Source of the DNA: Ginglymostoma cirratum
Taxonomy: Eukaryota
DNA length: 64,000 nucleotides
Assembly: GCA_024137785.1 (NCBI GenBank)
Contig: JAHRHZ010000085.1
Coordinates: forward strand, 2,232,279-2,296,278
Direction of reading: 5' to 3'
Shown: positions 1 through 11,829 of the stretch, piece after piece
Numbering within the stretch: position 1 is the first letter of the stretch
How the letters are laid out: each line of letters starts with the position of its first letter
The notes under the pieces: generated by a model
Seen by the model: only the letters and a program-made list of their open reading frames with translations
Told to the model about the DNA's origin: nothing
Database searches by the model: none
Translations under genes and position numbers: made by a program

Positions 1-283
1 GCACTGCTGCCTCCCGGTGCCGGGGATCCGTTTTCGAGATGGTGATTGTCTGTGTGGAGTTTGCGTATTCTTCCCGTGTCTGAGTAGGTTTTTACCGTTT
101 CCTCCCGCAGTCCAAAGGTGTGTAGGTTCGGTGGGTTGGTCATTGTCCACAGAGTCCAGGGACATGCAGGCGAAAGTGGGATACCCGCGGGAATGCGGGG
201 TTGCGGTTTGGAGGTGTGACGGGGATAGGGTGGATGCTCTTCGGAGGGTCAATGCACAAGATCATAGGGATTCTATGATTCAA
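1..283 (+). mobile_element. V-SINE (HE1-like), truncated at the window edge
   Basis: V-domain-like TGTGTGGAGTTTGC...TTTCCTCCC core and GGGATTCTATGATTC tail; homologous to 45859-46218. Confidence 0.8.
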
Positions 284-516
284 AGGCTTTTGTAATTTAA
301 TTCTGCTTTGAAATATACCAGGCCTTATTAAATAATTAACGTAAATCGTGCATTTAGCTGAATGAGTATTTGCCCTGGCTTTTGGATCAATGACTTAATT
401 GCACAAAAACGCAATGTTCTTATTTCCTGCGGTGGAAGTGCTTTCGGCTTGTGATTTCAAATAAACCTATTAGATTATAACCTGGTGTCATGCGACTTCT
501 GATTTATTTCTTGCAG

Positions 517-711
517 GGAGCGGATGGTCGAATTCGATGAAGTTGCTGTCACGCCGGCGAGTGAATGATGTGGATTTGCTGAATTTTGCTGATGTTTCGG
601 GCAGCCGTGGCACAAAGTTTCCACTTTCCCTGGCGGAGACACCCACTGACATTCATGAAAACGCTGCACTGAATATTTTACTCAGGAATCCATCAAATCC
701 ATGGACCGCAC
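517..711 (+). other. Candidate orphan coding exon (195 nt, phase 1-1)
   Basis: Acceptor tttcttgcag| and donor C|gtaagg, one open frame (SGWSNSMKLLSRRRVNDVDLL...PWTA). No family recognised. Confidence 0.25.
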
Positions 712-2594
712 GTAAGGTTGCTGATCAGTGATTGCTTCAGTCTGCTCCTGCTCTTTAGTGACTAAGCGGACATAAATTGAGATGTGTTCGATTAAAATGT
801 CAATTGCAATTAAATGATAGTGAATAACATATTGTTTATTCTCTGTTTTGGGGAATTCCTGACAATTAATCTCAGAGACAGTGTTTCTTTCGTGAAGCTT
901 TAAGACAATGAATTTCTTGTCTGTCAGTTTCACTGCTTTATCCTGATGCCGTCCTTCTCAGTTCTGTGGGAGCTGTAGCCATTCAGGCAAGTAGAGAGAT
1001 TTCAGCAAACTCCTGAATTCTACCGTTTAGAGAGAAGTAATGCACTTCCAAGCAATGAAATGGATCAACTAACAGCGATCGCTTGCCCTGCCTGTGAAAC
1101 CCTCCTGTCCTCCGTCCCCAAATGCTCACTGGGTTTATCTGCGCCACGTTGCCGACAGAGGATTAAGAAGGCAGCCCGAGACAGCTTTCTCAGGGGCATT
1201 TAGGTGTGTCCAATAAATACTGGCCGAGCCAGCAACGTCCACATTCCGTGAAAGCATAACAATAAATGTTATCTTGTCAGTTTCATTTCAAAAGACAACC
1301 AGATATGATGTCGGGAAACAACATAAAGAACCTGGCAGAAAATAAAAAAACAATCACAGGCTATTAATGCCTTGGTTTGTTCATAACATTGTTAAATAAA
1401 ACTTTCTTCATTTTGAATTAGACATGAGAGTAGAACCTGTGAAGTTAATTGTCTGTAATGAGCTCCTGTTCTAATTTTGGGACCGGACATCAAAGTACTG
1501 CGGATACTGGCGATTTGAAACAAAAACAGACATTGCGGGAGAAACTCGGTGGCGAGAAAACAGAGTTAATGTTTCGAGTCCAGTGACCCTTTTTTCTGCG
1601 TTTGGCTGGGACAGGACGGAACTAACACTTATCCACATTGTCAGACAGGTTTTTGTCGGCAGCTGTACAGAAAAAAAAAAAATGGATAAACATGTGTGGG
1701 GTCCTGAAGCCGGGATCTTCAATAATTGAGCTGCTTTCATCAATTCCTAAATTCGAGAAATGCGGTTTTGAGCTGGTCCACTGGTATGTTTTGTGTGCAG
1801 AGCAAACAGCGCCAGCTATTGGGCTGTTTATCATTATGAAATATGAGCACACAAAGCTAAAACTGATCAAACCCGAGACTGTGAAATAAAAGTGTTTGGA
1901 ACTTATTAACAGAAGTATGAAACCTACAGTAGAGGGTAGTTGTATTTCGTGATGTGAGCTGAACTCGAGAATGTTTCCATTTGTTTGTCCGCTCGGCTGA
2001 GTGGGACGTATTGCACAGTAAACCGACATGTCGCTGGCTCATAGGCTGCTTTCTGAGTGAGTAGAACGAACAGTCCATTTAGCGTTTCTGCTGAGGCGCT
2101 GTGCATAAAACGGGGGGGGGGGCCCAAAGGCCAGTGTTTTGAAGCGACTTCAGTTTATTTCCGAATATGATGTGTTTGTATATTTTCACTAAATTAACAG
2201 AGACCCTTTCAATAGCAATTACAATGTGGCAGCTATCTGCGAGGCATCATCAGACATTTCTCACATGAGGCTTTTATGTTGGAAACTAACGGGTGTATGC
2301 AGTACTAGACTTATTGAATAAGTCGACCTCAAAATTCCAAGGAAAAATAGCATCTTTTGAACCCGTGCGAACTTTGTCTCTTCTGTCACGGATAAACTAA
2401 AGCTGAATGTTAACTTTCATTTTAGACGAGACATCAATTTTGCATCCCTACAGTACGGAAACAGCCCATTCGTTCTATCGAGTCCGTACTGACCGTCTGA
2501 AAAAAATCCTACCAAATGGACCAGGATAAATATTCATCAATTATTTAATAAACCCTAGTATCGTTCAAACTCTGTATAAATTGCTCCTGCCTTT

Positions 2595-2888
2595 GAATCA
2601 TGTCATCCTTACAGTGCGGCGAGAGGCCTTTTAGCCCGTCGCCGACCCTCCGAAGAGCATCCCACCAACTCCCCGTAACCTCACATTTACTCAGGCTCAC
2701 CCACCTATCCTTTCCACAACAGGTAATTTTGCATTATCAATCCACCTGACCTGCACATCTTTACACTGTGGGAGGAAGCCGGAGCACCCGGAGGAAACAC
2801 GGGCAGACACGGGCAGACAGTCGCCTGAGGCTGGAATCGAACCTGCGTTCCTGGTGCTCTGAGCCAACACTGTGCCACCATGCAGCCC
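2595..2888 (-). mobile_element. V-SINE (HE1-like)
   Basis: Reverse complement of the A/B-box head and the V-domain core. Confidence 0.75.
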
Positions 2889-4025
2889 AATCGGTAACTT
2901 GCGATGAGATCATTAAATAAACCGATGGAATTATTTAATGGGATTGGGCGTGAAATAATCCAATGCGCAACTGGGATTCTAAATCTAAACAAAGAGAGCA
3001 AAAAGCAACAAAGCCGGCGTTTAGTCTACGGTCTTCACTGGGACACTGTGCCCAAGCACATTCTGTTGTTCACACTTCAGCACATTTAGGATGGGAGGTT
3101 CCAGTGAAGTTTTGACTCAACATGTTGTCAATTTCTACAAGATGTACTACAGAAATTCACTAAAGATCTTTAGATAGTTCCTTCCAAATCCAGGACCACT
3201 TCTATTTGAAAGGACCAGGGTAGCAGGCATATGGGAACACATCACCTTCAAGTTCCGCTCCCGACACTCGCAATCCTGACTTGGAAATATATTGTCGTTC
3301 CTTCACTGCCGCTGGGTCAAAATCCTGGAATTCCCTCCCTCATGGCATTGTGGGTTGGCTCAAAGCAGGTGATATGCATCAGGGGAAGAAGGCAACTCAC
3401 CAGCACCTTCTCAAGGGCAGCTAGGGATGGGAAAGAAATGCTGGGCCAGTCAGCGGAACTTGGTCAAATGTGGCCCTAATGTCAAGTGCAGTCACTCTTC
3501 TCTCACCTTTAGTTAATTTCTTTCCATTGAGTCATGGAGCATGGAAACAGACCCTTCGGTCCAAAATGTCCACGCTGACCAAGTTTCCCAAACTAAACTA
3601 GTCCTATTCACCTGCATTTGGCCCATGTTCCTCGAAATCTTTCCTGTTCATTTACCTGTCCAGATGTCTTTCAAATATTGTAACTGCACCTGCATCCCTT
3701 ATATCCTCTGGCAGTTCACTCCATTCACGAACCACACTGCGTGTGAAAATATGTGGCCCTCACATCCATTTTAAATCATTCTCCTCTTGCCTTAAAAATA
3801 TGGCCCCAAGTTTTGACCTCTCTTACCTTTGGGAAATGACCTTTGCTATTCACTTTATCTATACCCCTCATGATTTTATAAACTTCTATAAGGTCGCACC
3901 TCAGCCTCCTATGCTCCAGTGAAAAAAGTGCCAGCTTAAACATTCCAGTCCCGTCAAGTCCTTTTAAGTCTTTTCTGCACCCTGTCTAATTTAGTAACAT
4001 CTTTTCAGAACTGTCAACAGTCATC
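2692..4025. repeat. Segmental duplication copy A (paralog 19670-20990)
   Basis: Co-linear SINE + unique spacer + LINE 3' fragment + CR1 tail with the same junctions as copy B. Confidence 0.9.
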
Positions 4026-4055
4026 TAAAAATGGCCTCACCAAAGTCCTGTATAA
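3526..4055 (-). mobile_element. CR1-type LINE 3' fragment
   Basis: Minus-strand LYRTLVRP motif and a CR1 3' UTR. Confidence 0.75.
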
Positions 4056-4379
4056 CCTGATGCAAGTATCTAATAAGATTAACAGCTGAGAAGAAATTGA
4101 ACTGAGCATCATTGAGCCGGTTATTGGTGGACCAGTGCGAGCCCTGTGGACGTCAGCCATCGTTTTATAAGTGATTGAGACAATCCTGATCGGGCAGTAA
4201 TTGGGTGAGTTGGATTTATCCTGAGACCCTTCCTCAGAGAACAATCAAATCTTCATCTCTGTCCAACAAGGCAAACACTAATTTGAAAACTGTATCTCTT
4301 AGCTCTGGACTCACCCTCACTCATTGCAGGTACAAAACACAGAGAATGCTGGAGAGAAAAGCAGATTGAACATTTTGAA

Positions 4380-6310
4380 GAGATAAAAGGTACTGCAGAT
4401 GCTGGAGGATCCGAGATAACAAGCATGGGGCTGGATGAACACAGCAGGTCATGCAGCATCATAGGAGCAGGAAAACTTGACGTTTCGGGCCTAAACCCTT
4501 CATCAGAAAAATCATTTTGAATGTGGTCTGATTACTTCAGTCATATCGGACTTGAAATAGTAACTCTGTTTTTGTGGAGGTACTGGTGTCAGACTGGAGT
4601 GGACAAAGTCAAAAATCGCATGACACCACGTCATAGTCATACAGGTTTATTTGAAATCGCAAGCTATTGGGGCACCGCTCTTTTGTCAAGTGCAGTCGGA
4701 GAGCGCACTCACACACACAGATTTTATAGGCAGAGAGATGAAAGGATCATATAACTGGTGTGACTGGAGTGAACAAACATAAAATGGTTGATGGAGAAAT
4801 CTGTTAGAAAGGAGACACAAGTTTTAGTTGATTAAGATGCACATTACAGAATCTGTTTCAAATCACTGCCCCGAGATAATTAAATGTTTTATCATTGTAT
4901 GCCTAACTTTCCAAACTTCAATCAGGCAGAGATACAGAAGGTGACATCTCAAGTCAGACACTGAATTGTCGGTGTGGGGCTTCATTCAGAATCTGTTTCA
5001 AAGTTCTAACCTGGAATCAGGCTGGTTTCATTTCAAAAGCAGGAATTTATAAAACTCTATACGGATGACTGTGACTTCAAATTGTGTGTTTTTAATCAAA
5101 ATAGAATGGATCTTCAAATAGTGTGGTGGGGTCACCTGTAACGTGACATGAACACAATATCACTGTTGAGGCCATCTTTATGGGTATGGAACTTGGCTAT
5201 CAGTCTCTGCTCTGATATTCTGAATTGTTGTGTATCCTGAAGTCTGCCTTGGAAGATGCTTACTCAAAGACTACAGGGTGAGTCCTTTGGACTCGTAGTG
5301 AGGAATCACTAAAACTATATTACGATATCAACATGTTTCATTCCACCATCAGACTTAGTATGGACTACAGTTCAGAATCAGTTTTATTCTTGGACCCTTA
5401 CAGCCCCATCAAGGATAGACACCTCAGTACCTCACTCTACTGTAAGCCCACAGATAACCTCACGAAGCTTCCCTTCTCGAACTTACATCCTAAACATATT
5501 AGAAAAGCCATTCCCCAGGGACAACGCCTGTGTGCACATAGAATATGATCAGATGAGGAGGAAGGTGACAGACACTTTAGCTTTTGGAAGGCGCTTTCAT
5601 AGAAATCGGATACTCAACTCATCTCATCAGTCGCCAGTTCCAATGTGCTACAGCGAAAAACCACAACAACCTCCTCAGAAGACAGACACAGGATATGACT
5701 GATACAGTCCCCTTTGTCATCCAATACTTCCCGAGTGCAGAGAAACTGTGCCATGCTCTTTGCAGCCTTCAACTTGTCATTGATGACCAAAAGTATCTCA
5801 TCACATGTGGGAACACCACCCACCATGTGCACAGCAGATACTCATCTGACTAGGCCAATGTTGTCTGTCTCATACACTGCAGGCAAGGATGCCCCAAGGT
5901 ATGGTATATTGGCAAAACCATGCAGATGCTACAGAAATGGCTGAATGGACAGGGCACAACAATTGGGGAACAATTCAGAAGTCAAGGGCATTCAGTCTCC
6001 AATCTTTGGGTAACCGTCCTCCAAGGTGGACATTGGGATACACAACAACACAGAATCGCAGAGCACAGACAAATTCCGTACTCATGAAGGCAGCCTCATC
6101 CATGACCTTTGGTCCATGTTGTGCTACTGCTGTCCCCTCACCACACTGTTCTGCATCTGTAAAATCTTCCTTATTGTTCTGTTTTGACAGTATTACCTCT
6201 CTCAAACACACAAGCACACACACAAACCTATGGGGTGACTTATTTCATCCAAGGTATTTATCTATTTGCAAATGTTTTGTTCACAAAACACACAATTTGT
6301 AGTCACAGTC
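4380..6310 (+). mobile_element. Degenerate Penelope-like element (RT C-terminus + GIY-YIG) with inverted terminal segment
   Basis: FLD...LSTSLYCKPTD...HPKHIRKAIPQGQ (5333-5548) and VVCLIHCRQGCPKVWYIGKT (about 5855-5920). An inverted copy of the element 3' end lies at about 4560-5270. Confidence 0.85.
4478..4510 (-). ncRNA. Minimal hammerhead ribozyme motif (PLE type)
   Basis: Minus strand reads TTTT-CTGATGA-AGGGTTTAGGCCC-GAAA-CGTC-A: conserved core, stem II and a GUC cleavage triplet. Confidence 0.6.
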
Positions 6311-6359
6311 AGTCAGTGTGGCATGATATAAATTCCTTCTTTCAGAATAAAAGCTAATG

Positions 6360-6700
6360 AATGGGGAGAGGAATGCTGGTGAAAGAGTGAGTGCGCATAC
6401 AGTGGGAGGGGAAAGAGTGAGGCAAGACGGCAGGAGACAGAGAGGGGGAGAGAGGAAGTGAGGAAACCATAATGCAGATTGGAGGAGAAATAGTGACTGG
6501 TGGGGAGAGACAGTGGGATACAGAGAAGGAAGGGAAGGAAGAATAATGCAGGAGGGAGAGTGGGAGAAAGAATGGGAGAGACAGATTGTGTGGGTGGCAG
6601 ACAGGATACAGGAAGGAGACAGAAAAAGAGAGGGTTACAGGACTAGGAGTCGAGAGAGAGAGTGAGAAAGAGAGAGAGATGAGGGATAGGGAATTGGAGA
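6360..6700. repeat. Purine-rich (GA) low-complexity tract
   Basis: Base composition. Confidence 0.7.
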
Positions 6701-7549
6701 GGTTAGAGAATTTGGGATTGTTCTGCATGGAGAGAAGTGGATCAAGAGGTGATCTCATAGAATGTTCAACATTATGAAAGGTCTGCATAGAGTAGATGGG
6801 GGAAACTCTTCCCATCATTGACAGTAAATTGGATAATTGGAAGTAAATTACTTTCTGTTTTAAGTTGCCATTGGAGGGAATAGTCAGGCTTTTAATAAAC
6901 TTCAATACATGTGGGTAGATAAGAGACAGAGATGAAGACATATCTCTTCAGATGCAACATAAAGAGCAAAACTGGGAGTAAGGATTCAATGTATCAAGGA
7001 GTGTCTTGGATATCAAAATGTTCGAATGAAATCCAATAAGGACTTTAATGTGGTCTTCTATTTTATTCCCAGCACTGCTGGTAATATATCCATTGTGAGC
7101 AGTTGGATTGATTCAAAAAGTTAATACACAGGTTTAATTTGGAGAAACTCAGATGAGGCACAGACGGCGATGTGTTGCAATGTTCCTCTGACATTATAAA
7201 GTGAAACTTGCAGCCATTTTTACGAAGCTTTTCAACTACGTGCTGTGAAACACCCCAGAGTTCACCACCTACCTTCCTAAACTGTGTACCAATTGGTCTG
7301 TGACAGCTGGGACTTCACCCATGCCAAATGGTATGTGCAGCAACTGATAGACATGGCTAGTCAATTTCATAGGGAACAGTTCAGGTGTATAATTTTCAGT
7401 ACTACCAAATCCAGTTGTGAGAGGTGTTACACAATGAAACAACTTACTGCTGTTGGAGTCTCCATAAATATTCTCACTCTTAATGTTGTGGAAGACCAAC
7501 ACATCAGTGCAAAAGGTGAGGCTGAAGCATTGCAACAAACTTCAATCAC

Positions 7550-7940
7550 TATCCCTACCTATGTCTTCCCTTCTCTCTCTCCTCTTCCCTTTCTCACTAC
7601 TTTCTCTCACTCACCACCTCCCCATCCCTTTCTCCCATACCCCCTCCCTTGACCCATCCCTCACTCTTCCCCTTGCTCTCCTCCCCTACTACTCTGTCCC
7701 TCCCTCAGACTCCCTCTCTGCTTCTTTCTATCCCTTCCCTACATTTTTACTGCTCCACCACTCTTTCTCTCTCGCACAAACTGCCTCCCCAAACCTACTC
7801 CTATCTATCTCGACCCTTGCCAAATTTCATTCACTTCCTCTCCCTTTCTATCTCTCCCCTTTCCTCATTGCCCACTCCTAATTCATATTTTGCTACCTCA
7901 TCTACCTCACCTCCTCCATGACCCCTCTCCCCTCTCTATC
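7550..7940. repeat. Pyrimidine-rich (CT) low-complexity tract
   Basis: Base composition. Confidence 0.7.
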
Positions 7941-7965
7941 ACTTGGTCTCTAGATCCATCTGCTT

Positions 7966-8318
7966 TAGAACATAGAACAGTACAACACAGTACAGGGCCT
8001 TTGGCCCACGATGTTGCGCTGAACTTTTACCCTAAACTTAAGGTCTATCTAACCTCCACCCCTACCATCTACTATCGTCCATATGCCTATCTAATCGCTG
8101 CTTAAATGCCCCTAATGAGGCCGACTCCGCTGCCATCTCTGGCAATGTATTCCACGCCCCTACCACTCTCTGAGTAAAGAACCTACCTCTGACGTCTCCC
8201 CTGTATCTACCTCCACTCACTTTAAAACTATGCCCCTTCGTAATAGCTACCTCCACCCTAAGAAAATGTCTTTGGCTGTCCAATCTATCTATACCTCTGA
8301 TCTTTGGTACATATTCGA
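7966..8318 (-). mobile_element. CR1/HER1-like LINE 3' end
   Basis: GDVRGRFFTQRVVGAWN motif and (TTCTA/TG) tail. Confidence 0.85.
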
Positions 8319-8479
8319 CCTGTCTTGCTCCCTGCCAAATATTTCTCTTACTCTGTCAACCTCACCACCTTGCTCACTCTGAACTCTCCCTCTCCCCATC
8401 CTCCATTCCAGCCATACATGTATATTGTCCCTCTCACAGCCTCGCATGCTGTCTCCCTGTAATTTCATAAAAGAAGATT

Positions 8480-10275
8480 GCAAGATTTTTTTTCAGTTAC
8501 TGAAAAGTTAAGAGAATGGCAAGTCTGTTGGACTCCTGGAAAATGAGGCTGAAGAATTAGCATTGGGCAGCAAGAAATGGGTGAGAAATTGAATCGGTAC
8601 TTTGCCTCTGTCTTTACAGTGGAAGACACCAGCAGCATACCAGTACTTCAAGAGGGTAAAGCAGCAGAGATAAGTGCAATGGATATCAATAAGGAGAAGT
8701 TGCTGGGGAAACTGGAAGCTGTGAAGGTGGATGCATACTGTAGACTAGATGGACTACAAACCAGGGTTCTGAAGGAAATAGTTGAGGAGATTTTACAGCC
8801 ATTGTTAGTGATCTTTCAGGAATCACTAGAGCCAGGAAGCGTCCCAGAGGACTGGAAAATGGCAAATGGAGCACACCTGTTTAAAAATGGAGGGAGGCAG
8901 AAGATTAAAAAGTATAAGCCTGTTAGCCTGACCTCTGCTGTTGACAAGATTTTAGAGACCAATATTTAGGAAGAGATTGTGGAGTACTTGGGAGTGCATT
9001 GTAAAATAGGGCTGAGTCAGCACAGCTTCATCAAGGGGGTTTCATGCCTGACAGATCTTTTAGAGTTCTTCATGGAGATAACAAACAAGTTAGACAAAGG
9101 AGAGTCAGTGGATCTGATCTATTTGGGTTTCCAGAAGACCTTTGTCAAGATACGGCCCAGGAGTCAGCTAAATAAGAGCCCATGATGTTAGGGAAAGACA
9201 CTGGCATGGATAGCAGATGTGATTACTGGCAGAAGACAGAGAATGGGAAAAAAGGGGGCTTTTTCAGAATGGCAGCTACTGACTAATGGGCCTCTGCAAT
9301 TGTCAGTGTTTAGACCGCAACTATTCATGCTATACATTAACCATCTGTACAAAGGAACTGAGGGGATTGCTGGTATGTTTGCAGAAGGCACAAAGAAAGG
9401 TGGAAGGGCAGGCAGTGTTGAAGAAGTGGGGAGGCTGCAGAAGGACTTGAACATGCTTGGTGACAGGGCAAAGAAGTGGCAGATGGAATACAATGTGTGA
9501 AAGTGTGCGGTTATGCACTTTGATGAGAAGAATAGAGGCACAGGCTGTTTTCTAAATGGTGAAATGCTTCAGAAATCTGAAGCACAAAGAGACTTGGGAG
9601 TCCTAGCTCAGGACTCTCTTAAGGTTAGCATGCAGGTTCAGTCAGTGGTTAGGGATGTTTGCATTCATTTCAAGAAGGTTAGAATAGAAGAGGAGAGACT
9701 GTATGAGGTTTGATCATACCACAGATGGAATATTATCAGTTGTTTTGGACCCTGTAACTAAGGAAGGATATGCTTGTGTTGGAGGTGTTCCAGCGGAGGT
9801 TCACAAGAATGATCCCAGGAAAGAAAGGCTTAACCTGTGAGGAAAGGTTGAGGATGCTGGGTCGATATGCATTGGAATTTAAAAAGGATGATGGGATCCT
9901 GTCGAAGTTTACATACTACTCAGATTTCCAGATAGAGTGGATGTGGAAATGTTGTCTCCACTCAGGAGAGACTCAGAACCGAGGGCACAGCCTGGATTGA
10001 AGACTCTTGAGAATTGAGGTGAGGAGGAATTTCTTCGACAGACTGCTGTTAATCTGTTGAACCCATTGCTGCAGGGTGCTGTGGAAGTCAAGTCATTGAG
10101 TGCATGAAAGGAAGTTATAGATAGGTTCTTGTTTGGTTAGGGGATCAAGGGTTACGGGGAAAAGGCAGGAGATTGGTGTTTAGAAACATATCAGCCACAA
10201 TTGAATGGCAGAGAGACTTAATGGGCCGAATGGTCTAATTCTGCCTCTGTATCTTTTGGTCTTACGGTCTTATGA
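8480..10275 (+). mobile_element. CR1-type LINE ORF2 (RT) remnant
   Basis: LNRYFASVFTVED, VPEDWKMAN, YKPVSLTS, SCLTDLLEFF, WQMEYNV and QRRFTRMIPG motifs across several stops and frameshifts. Confidence 0.92.
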
Positions 10276-10459
10276 AGTTTTTACATCAATTCACATGGTT
10301 GGCATTGGGTTTGTTTTTATCTCCAGATTTTACTGAATGCAAATTTTACCATTCCATGGTAGGATTTGAAACCATGGCCCCAGAACATTAGCCTGGGGAT
10401 TTTCAATTACTAATCCATTGACATTCCTATTATGTCACCACCTCCCCTATTAAATAGAA

Positions 10460-10955
10460 TGTTGCCCTTTATTTCAGTGAATGGAATATAAAAACAGGGA
10501 AATCTCATTAAAACTTGTTAGACCACACCTTGATAACTGTGAACAATTTTGTCCGCTTATCTGAGGAAATTGACATTGGAGGCAGGCTGAAGAAAGTTCA
10601 CTGTGTTGATCCTGACATGGAGGAATGTTCTTATGAGGAGAACTTGAATAGGTTGGACCTGTCCTCATTAGAGTTTAGAGGAATGAGAAGGAAGCTTCTT
10701 AAACCATACAACATTCCTAAGAAGCTTGGCAACTTAGATGCAGAAAGGCTTTTTACCCCTGTGGGAGAGTCCAGGACCAGAGGGCATAATCTCACACCTG
10801 AGCATTGGCTCATTTACAACAGAGTTGAAGAGAATTTTTTTTCCTCTTGCGGTTAGTGAATCAGTGCAGTTCCTTTACCACTGACAGCTGCTGAGATTGG
10901 ACCAGGGAACCATGATACTATTGAATAACAAACAGACTTATTGTGTGAAATGGTG
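10460..10955 (+). mobile_element. CR1-type LINE 3' fragment
   Basis: SYEENLNRLDLSSLEFR...GESRTRGHNL. Confidence 0.75.
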
Positions 10956-10957
10956 TT

Positions 10958-11292
10958 AGAATTATAGAATGCCTACAGGGCAGAAAGAGACTGTTTGCCC
11001 CATCAAGTCTGCATCAAATCTCCAAGGAACATCCCACCCAAACACTTACCCTATCCCCCTATCCCCTTATCCCTGCATTTAACCATGGTTAATCCACAAC
11101 ACCTAATCAGCGCTGGGCACAACAGACACTTTAACATGGCCAATCCACTGAAAATCACATCTTTGCACTGTGGGAGGATACTTGAGCACCTGATAAAAAA
11201 CCAACACAGACACGGGGAGAATGTGCACACTCCGCACAGGCAGTCACCTGAGACTTAAATCAAACCCGGGTTGCTGGCACTATAAGGAGCAG
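10958..11292 (-). mobile_element. V-SINE (HE1-like)
   Basis: Reverse-strand GTGGCTCAGTGGTTAG A box, B box and V core. Confidence 0.8.
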
Positions 11293-11829
11293 TTCTAACC
11301 ACTGAGCCACTATTTCTTCTTCTCCTTTATCTTATGGTCTTTCTCCCTGTGGAGTTCAACTTTTCATTTCATAATTCTTCTTCCTCTGCTTTTTCTCCTC
11401 CTTCCTTTCTATTTCAAGTTTTGTTCACCAATTCACATTTGCATTTATCCCATTGTTCTTTGATTCACTGTTTATTATCCACTTTTTCTTTCTCCTCTCT
11501 TTCCTTGTGTCTGTTTTCTTTCTAACTCATGTCTTTTCACTTTACTTTGTTTTTCTACAAAATGTGTTTTTTTTTCATTTGCAGTTGTACCTTTCTTCCA
11601 GTTTTGACATCAAAACTTACGTTTCCCTTCTTCCATTTGGAAATATTGAATAGTGATTTGAATTTACACATCATTTCATAATCCTGCTTTGACTTCCATT
11701 TCCAATTTATTGATGATCCTTCTCAGTTTAGCATTGTCCAAGATTTTAGCTATCCACTGTTATATATTCCATTTCCACAAAACTCCTAACAGCATTCAAA
11801 ATCATCTTCAAAATTTAAAGATTTGCTTT

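Noticed and set aside
6354-7921. Long Ser/Leu/Pro-rich ORFs
   Set aside because: Artefacts of GA/CT low-complexity tracts.
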